Both the position numbers and the translations under genes were made by a program. Positions 58,889-64,000 of a DNA stretch of 64,000 nt are shown here, one piece after another; position 1 is the stretch's first letter, and the number at the start of each line of letters is the position of its first letter. The notes beneath the pieces are model-generated. The model did not search any database. It worked only from the letters and a program-made list of their open reading frames with translations, and had not been told where the DNA came from. The stretch comes from an uncultured Gammaproteobacteria bacterium (GTDB taxonomy: Bacteria; Patescibacteriota; Patescibacteriia; SG8-24): contig CAZBFO010000001.1 in assembly GCA_964491475.1 (NCBI GenBank), positions 327,538 to 391,537 of the forward strand, written 5' to 3'.

Positions 58889-61606
58889 TTACTGCCAGTT
58901 CTTGGGAATGAAACCTTTGCGGCACATCGACTTGTACGCCTCGACGACGACGATGACCGAACCGGTCACGACCAAAATCAGCAGCCATTCCTTCAGGTCG
59001 ATCGGTTGCGTCGAAAAAAGTTTCCGCAGCTGCGGCTGGTACAGCACCGTCATCTGCAGCCCGAAGGCGCCGACGACGGCCGCCAGCACGTACTTGTTGG
59101 TGAACAGTCCCAAGGAAAAAATCGACGCGGTGAACGAGCGCATGTTGAAGACGTTCCAAATTTGGAATACCGCCATGGCCGTGAAGGCGACGCTGCGCGC
59201 GTAGGAAAGATCGTGATCGACGATCGCCAGCGCGTACAGCAGGATGGTGCCCATGCACATGACCGCGCAGGTGATGACCGAAAGGATCAGCACGCTCTTC
59301 GAGATGATGGGCGCGTCCTTGCCGCGTGGCGGTTCCGAGAGCGCGTCGCCGGACGGGGGCTCGGTGGCCAGCGCCATGTCCGGGAAACCGTCGGTGATAA
59401 GGTTCATCCAGAGGATCTGCGTCGGCAACAGCGGCAGCGGCAAGCCGAAGGCCATGCTGGCGAAGATGGTGACGATCTCGCCGACGTTGGTCATGAAAAG
59501 ATAGGCCGTGGTCTGCTTGACGTTCCGGAAGACGATGCGGCCCTCCTCGATGGCGCTGACGATCGAGACGAAGTTGTCGTCGGCAAGCACCATGTCGGCA
59601 ACCTCCTTGGTGACGTCGGTGCCCGTGATGCCCATGGCCACGCCGATCGAGGCCTTCTTGAGAGCCGGCGCGTCATTTACGCCGTCCCCCGTCATCGCCA
59701 CCACGTGCCCCAGCTGCTGCAGGCCCGAGACGATGCGCAGCTTGGTCTCCGGCGTCACCCGCGCGAACACTACCGCATTCTTGAGCGCGGCCGAGAAGGT
59801 ACGCTCGTCCATCTGGGCGATTTCCTTTTCGGTATGTACGCGCTCCTCCAGCCGATCGGCAGTCTCGAACAGGCCGATTTCCCTGCCGATGGCCAAGGCG
59901 GTGTCTCGCTGGTCGCCGGTGACCATGATGACGCGCACGCCTGCCCGATGGCAGCGGGCGATGGCCTTGGCCACGCCGACGCGCGGCGGATCAATCATGC
60001 CGACGGCCCCGAGGAAAGCGAGATCGCGCACGTCACGGTCGTCGAGGGAATCCTGCGACTCGCCGACGAACTTGAAAGCCACGCCCAGCACGCGCAGGGA
60101 TCGGTTGGCCATGTCGTGGTTCGCGGCGTCGCATTCCGCGCGGGCCGCGCCGTCGAGAGTCCGGCCCCTGCCGTCGGCGCCGACGTGCGTCGAACGGTCG
60201 CGGATGATGCCGTAGGCGCCGACGGCGAAAATCACCCGGGAGTGCACGCCGCGCACGTCGTTGCGCTCGAGCAGGACCGCCCGGAACTTCCGTTCGGAAT
60301 TGAACGGAATCTCCTCCACGAGACGGTACTCCATTTCGAGGCTGGTGCGTTCGTAACCGGCCTTCGCGGACATGACGGCCAGCGCGCCCTCGGTGGGCTC
60401 GCCGATGACGGCGGCGCGGTCGTCCTTCCATTGCAGGGCGGCCTTGTTGCACAGGGCGGTGGCGCGGAGCAGAAGATCGAAGTCGGGAATGTCCCCGGGA
60501 CGGAAACTGCGGCCGTCAATCATGAATTCCCCGCGCGGGTCCCAGCCTTCGCCGGAGACGGTCACGCGCCGACCGGCAACGTGCACCTCGCGCACGGTCA
60601 TCTTGTTCTCCGTCAGCGTGCCCGTCTTGTCGGTGCAGATGATGTCGGTGATGCCGAGCGTCTCCACCGAGGGCACGTGCCGCACGATGGCGTTGCGCTT
60701 GGCCATGCGCTGCACGCCGATGGCCAGCACGACTGCCAGCACCGCCGGCAGGCCCTCGGGAACGATGGAGACCATCAGGGCGATGGCAAAAAAGAACATC
60801 TGCAGCAAAGCGTCGCCGCGAAGCGTGCCGAAAACCATCACCAGAAGGCAGAGCAGGACGGCCGAGAAGCCGAGCTGCCGCCCGAGCTTGTCCAGCCGCT
60901 CTTCCAATGGCGTCCGTCCGCGCCGGATGCTGACCAGCGAGTCGGCGATCTTGCCGAAGGCGGTGCGCTTGCCGGTCTCGACCACGATGCCGCGGCCTTC
61001 GCCGGATATCACCGTCGTGCCCATCCAGGCCATGCAGGCCCGTTCCGGCAACAGGGCGGAGGCGTCGACGGCCTCGACCGACTTGCGGGAATTCGCGGAT
61101 TCTCCGGTCAGCGCGGATTCGTTGGTGGCCAATCCCCGGCTCTCCGCCAGGCGCATGTCGGCAGTGATGCGGTCGCCCTCGACCAGCAGCACGACGTCGC
61201 CTGGCACCAGTTCGCGTGCCGGCACGCGATGCACGCGCCGATCGCGGATGACCGCCGCTTCCTGCACCACCATGTCCCGAAGGCGATCGAGAGCCCCCTC
61301 CGCCTTCCGTTCCTGAACGAAGCCGATGACCGCCTTTATCGCCACGGCCAGCAGGATGCCGAAGCAGTCGCTCCACTCCCCCGCCGCCACGGAAATCGCC
61401 GCCGCCGCGAGCAGAATGTAGGTCAGTCCGCTGTGGAACTGTCTGAAGAACATCACCAGCGGGGACATTTTCTTTTCCGGTGGCAGTTCGTTCGCCCCGT
61501 ATTCCGCCAACCGTGCCTTCGCGACGGCATCACTAAGCCCGTGCTCGATGTCGGTACCGAGCGCTTCTGCGACTGCGGAGACGGAGAGTGCGTGAGTCTG
61601 TTCCAT
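58889..61606 (-). CDS. P-type IIA cation (Ca2+-like) ATPase
   Basis: TGES, PEGL, DKTGT, GDGVND, WMNLITD. Confidence 0.93.
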   Translation of the reverse strand: MEQTHALSVSAVAEALGTDIEHGLSDAVAKARLAEYGANELPPEKKMSPLVMFFRQFHSGLTYILLAAAAISVAAGEWSDCFGILLAVAIKAVIGFVQERKAEGALDRLRDMVVQEAAVIRDRRVHRVPARELVPGDVVLLVEGDRITADMRLAESRGLATNESALTGESANSRKSVEAVDASALLPERACMAWMGTTVISGEGRGIVVETGKRTAFGKIADSLVSIRRGRTPLEERLDKLGRQLGFSAVLLCLLVMVFGTLRGDALLQMFFFAIALMVSIVPEGLPAVLAVVLAIGVQRMAKRNAIVRHVPSVETLGITDIICTDKTGTLTENKMTVREVHVAGRRVTVSGEGWDPRGEFMIDGRSFRPGDIPDFDLLLRATALCNKAALQWKDDRAAVIGEPTEGALAVMSAKAGYERTSLEMEYRLVEEIPFNSERKFRAVLLERNDVRGVHSRVIFAVGAYGIIRDRSTHVGADGRGRTLDGAARAECDAANHDMANRSLRVLGVAFKFVGESQDSLDDRDVRDLAFLGAVGMIDPPRVGVAKAIARCHRAGVRVIMVTGDQRDTALAIGREIGLFETADRLEERVHTEKEIAQMDERTFSAALKNAVVFARVTPETKLRIVSGLQQLGHVVAMTGDGVNDAPALKKASIGVAMGITGTDVTKEVADMVLADDNFVSIVSAIEEGRIVFRNVKQTTAYLFMTNVGEIVTIFASMAFGLPLPLLPTQILWMNLITDGFPDMALATEPPSGDALSEPPRGKDAPIISKSVLILSVITCAVMCMGTILLYALAIVDHDLSYARSVAFTAMAVFQIWNVFNMRSFTASIFSLGLFTNKYVLAAVVGAFGLQMTVLYQPQLRKLFSTQPIDLKEWLLILVVTGSVIVVVEAYKSMCRKGFIPKNWQ

Positions 61607-61626
61607 GTCGGCGTTACTGATGCCGG

Positions 61627-62217
61627 TTACGGCTTTCGGAAAGTGCCGACGAGTACGGCCTGCCCGACCACGTGCGGCAACAGCGCTTGCCGCAGCGCCT
61701 GCGGATCGGTGTCATCGGGGAGCTGCAGCGTCTCGTCGAGCGCGTACACCTTGAAGAGGTAACGGTGCGCGCCCGTTGGCGGGCACGGACCGAAATACCC
61801 CTTTTGCCCGGCGCTGTTGGCACCTTGCACTGCTCCCTGCGGCACGGTGCCCTCCCGCAGCGAAGTCAGCCGCGGCGACATGTTCCAGAGGGTCCAATGC
61901 GTCCAAGTGCCGATCGGCGCGTCGGGATCTTCCAGCGCCAAGGCCAGCGACTTGGCCTCCGCCGGCACGCCGGAAATCTCCAGCGGCGGGCTGACGCCGT
62001 CACCGCCCTCGCGCGTGCAGGCGAAATGCAGCGGTATCGGTCCGTTCTGCTCGAAAGCGGGGCTGGCCACGCGCATCCCGCCTTTGGCGAAATCTTCCAG
62101 GCCGACGGGCGCAGGCTGCCTCCGCCCGGAAGAAAAATACCAAATCGCCCCGACGATCAGGGCGACGTCGATAATCGCGAAATAGATCATGGCGCGCTTG
62201 GAAATGTGGACGCGCAT
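61627..62217 (-). CDS. YbhB/YbcL (PEBP) family protein
   Basis: DPDAP...HW, GPCPP...HRY. Confidence 0.92.
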   Translation of the reverse strand: MRVHISKRAMIYFAIIDVALIVGAIWYFSSGRRQPAPVGLEDFAKGGMRVASPAFEQNGPIPLHFACTREGGDGVSPPLEISGVPAEAKSLALALEDPDAPIGTWTHWTLWNMSPRLTSLREGTVPQGAVQGANSAGQKGYFGPCPPTGAHRYLFKVYALDETLQLPDDTDPQALRQALLPHVVGQAVLVGTFRKP

Positions 62218-62224
62218 AGGAACG

Positions 62225-62521
62225 TCAGCGTAATTGGATGCAGCCCTCGTCTACGCGGCCGCGCACGATGCGCACGCCTTCCTCCGCCAGACGACCGGCT
62301 TTGGTGCGCCCGCCTCCCGGCCGGTTGTACTCCCCCACCTTGCGGTCGGCCCGAATCACCCGATGGCACGGCACCGCCGGATCAAGGTTGGCCTTCATCA
62401 GCGAACCGACGGCCCGCGCGCCGCCGGGACTGCCGGCCGCAATGGCGACGCCGCCGTAGGTCATCACCCTGCCTTTCTTGATGCGTTTTACCACCGAAAG
62501 CGCACGTTCACGGAAGGTCAT
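62225..62521 (-). CDS. MGMT/ATL-family alkylated-DNA binding protein
   Basis: TYG, ARAVG, PCHRV. Confidence 0.88.
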   Translation of the reverse strand: MTFRERALSVVKRIKKGRVMTYGGVAIAAGSPGGARAVGSLMKANLDPAVPCHRVIRADRKVGEYNRPGGGRTKAGRLAEEGVRIVRGRVDEGCIQLR

Positions 62522-62595
62522 AGTACCGTCAGTGTAGCACTTTTCGCCCCACATGGCACCGTCCCCGCCATCACCGGAACCTGCCGGTCCCCTGA

Positions 62596-62624
62596 TTGAC
62601 AAAACGGCTTTTTTGTAGTATTTT
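62596..62624 (+). promoter_or_regulatory. sigma70-type promoter TTGACA-17-TATTTT
   Basis: ttgacaaaacggcttttttgtagtatttt. Confidence 0.65.
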
Positions 62625-62660
62625 TGCGGCGGCAATCGTGCCAAAGGGAAAGGAACACGC

Positions 62661-63422
62661 ATGGGTTGGCCGAAGTTACTGGTTCTCGTCAGACATCCCG
62701 AATCCGAGGGAAACGTCATGACCGTCGACGAGCGCGCCGCGTACGAAGTGCCTACATACGCCTACCGCTGCACCGAGCGTGGCCGCAAGCAGGCCGAAGT
62801 GACCCGCGACTGGCTGAAGGATCGGTTCGGCACGTTCGACGTCCGCTACTCCTCGTACTACGTGCGGGCCAAGGAGGGGCTGGAGATCATCTGTCCCGGC
62901 GAGCGTGCCTACGAGGATCCGCGCTTGGCAGAAGGGCAGCGCGGCATCTTCCACACCATGACGAAGGAGCAGATCGAGAAAAGGTATCCGGAGGAGCTGG
63001 AGCGCAAGCGGCGCGAAGGCGTCTACCACTTCCGTCCGTTGGGAGGCGAGAACTGGCCCGACATGGAGCTGCGCATTCACAGCTTCCTCGGCACGCTGGC
63101 CCGCGACTACGAGGGCAAGAAGGTGCTGATCATCGTTCACGGCCACTGGCAGATCCTGTTCGAGCGGCTGGTCCACCACTTCTCCATCGAGGAGGCGGTG
63201 CGCCAGTACGAGGGGCAAGTGGTCGAGAACGCCGCTGTCACCATCTACCGCAGCAAAGGCAAGAAGCGCCGTCGGCTGGAGCTGGTCGAGAAGAACATCG
63301 TCCCCTGGGACGGCATCGTCGGCAAGGCACGCAAGGTCCGCGGCGACGGTGACTTCAAGAAAAACGGCCCGAAGAACGGGAAAAACGGAAAGAGGACGGC
63401 GGCGACCAAGGTCGTCGACTGA
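62661..63422 (+). CDS. histidine phosphatase (PGM-like) family protein
   Basis: VRHPESEGN, GRKQA, DPRLAE, GGEN, VHG. Confidence 0.85.
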   Translation: MGWPKLLVLVRHPESEGNVMTVDERAAYEVPTYAYRCTERGRKQAEVTRDWLKDRFGTFDVRYSSYYVRAKEGLEIICPGERAYEDPRLAEGQRGIFHTMTKEQIEKRYPEELERKRREGVYHFRPLGGENWPDMELRIHSFLGTLARDYEGKKVLIIVHGHWQILFERLVHHFSIEEAVRQYEGQVVENAAVTIYRSKGKKRRRLELVEKNIVPWDGIVGKARKVRGDGDFKKNGPKNGKNGKRTAATKVVD

Positions 63423-63478
63423 AAACGAAAGCGGCCCTGTGCGGGCCGCTCTTTTCTTTCTCGTAATCCGTTTTACGG

Positions 63479-63952
63479 TCATTGCGGCTTCAGCTTCTGG
63501 ACGTCGGCATACACCTGGTCGGCGTGCAGTGCCGGTTTGACCGTCTCGTACACCTTGGCAATTTTGCCGTCGGGATCTATCAGGAACGACATGCGGTTGA
63601 TGCCCATGTACTCGCGTCCCATGAACTTCTTCTCCCCGTAGGCGCCATACAGCTCCACGACCTCCTTCTTCTCGTCGGACAGCAGCGTGAACGGCAGGAC
63701 GTGCTTCAGGGCGAACTTGGCATGGCTTTTCACCGAATCGGCGCTGACGCCGAGTATGGTTATGCCCGCGTCCCCGAAGTCCTCGAAGCGGTCGCGAAGC
63801 ACGCAGGCCTCGGTGGTGCAGCCCGGCGTGTCGTCCTTGGGATAAAAGTAGAGCAGCACCCAGTCGCCCCTGTAGCTCGAAAGCTTGTGCGGCTTCCCCT
63901 CTTGGTCGGGAAGCGTGAAATCCGGAGCCTTGTCCCCTGGCTGCAAAGTCAT
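63479..63952 (-). CDS. bcp: peroxiredoxin Bcp
   Basis: YFYPKDDTPGCTTEAC. Confidence 0.95.
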   Translation of the reverse strand: MTLQPGDKAPDFTLPDQEGKPHKLSSYRGDWVLLYFYPKDDTPGCTTEACVLRDRFEDFGDAGITILGVSADSVKSHAKFALKHVLPFTLLSDEKKEVVELYGAYGEKKFMGREYMGINRMSFLIDPDGKIAKVYETVKPALHADQVYADVQKLKPQ

Positions 63953-64000
63953 AGGCGTGGTGATTTGAGTATGCGAAAACGATAGCAGGAAAAACTGATT

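Noticed and set aside
2376-61762. Long antisense or overlapping ORFs (for example 2376-3641, 3726-5180, 25639-27117, 41332-43374, 49537-51150, 58844-61762)
   Set aside because: They mirror well-supported genes on the opposite strand, as expected from high GC3 codon bias, and show no recognisable motifs.
1-64000. Genome-wide stop-codon reassignment (TAG or TGA)
   Set aside because: Conserved genes end at TGA (dnaB) and TAG (folD) and have no internal stops.
1-64000. CRISPR array, rRNA, tmRNA, RNase P, SRP RNA, transposase
   Set aside because: No periodic repeats or signature sequences were noticed; a covariance-model search was not possible.

Overview
GC-rich (roughly 60-65% by eye) bacterial chromosome segment using standard code 11. 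Gene content suggests Patescibacteria/CPR, probably ABY1/Uhrbacteria-like (inference from DUF5671, thrombospondin-repeat membrane proteins and CPR-type C-terminal domains). Core genes include mscL, murF, ftsI, rarA, glyA, folD, dnaB, ybaB, recR, rplU, mraZ-rsmH-ftsL, uvrC/uvrA/uvrB, typA, a P-type ATPase, bcp and two tRNAs (Glu-CTC, Pro-CGG). No CRISPR array, rRNA, transposase or integrase was seen. The main unexplained structure is a split into two gene classes. Core genes mostly lack a Shine-Dalgarno (SD) site, start at T-ATG and are often near-leaderless. About 20 interspersed orphan or accessory genes carry a strong SD and mostly form self-contained units: TTGACA-type promoter, often a 5' hairpin, ORF, terminator. 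This class includes a T4 Rnl1-like RNA ligase beside an RppH-like NUDIX and tRNA-Glu, a lone HMG-CoA reductase, several enzymes with altered catalytic motifs, tandem paralogous orphans and two lesioned genes missed or split by the ORF track. There are also ORF-less promoter-hairpin-U-tract units (small RNA or attenuator candidates) and a BlaI/M56/DsbA locus with a visible operator. All calls come from motif recognition by eye; no database searches were run.
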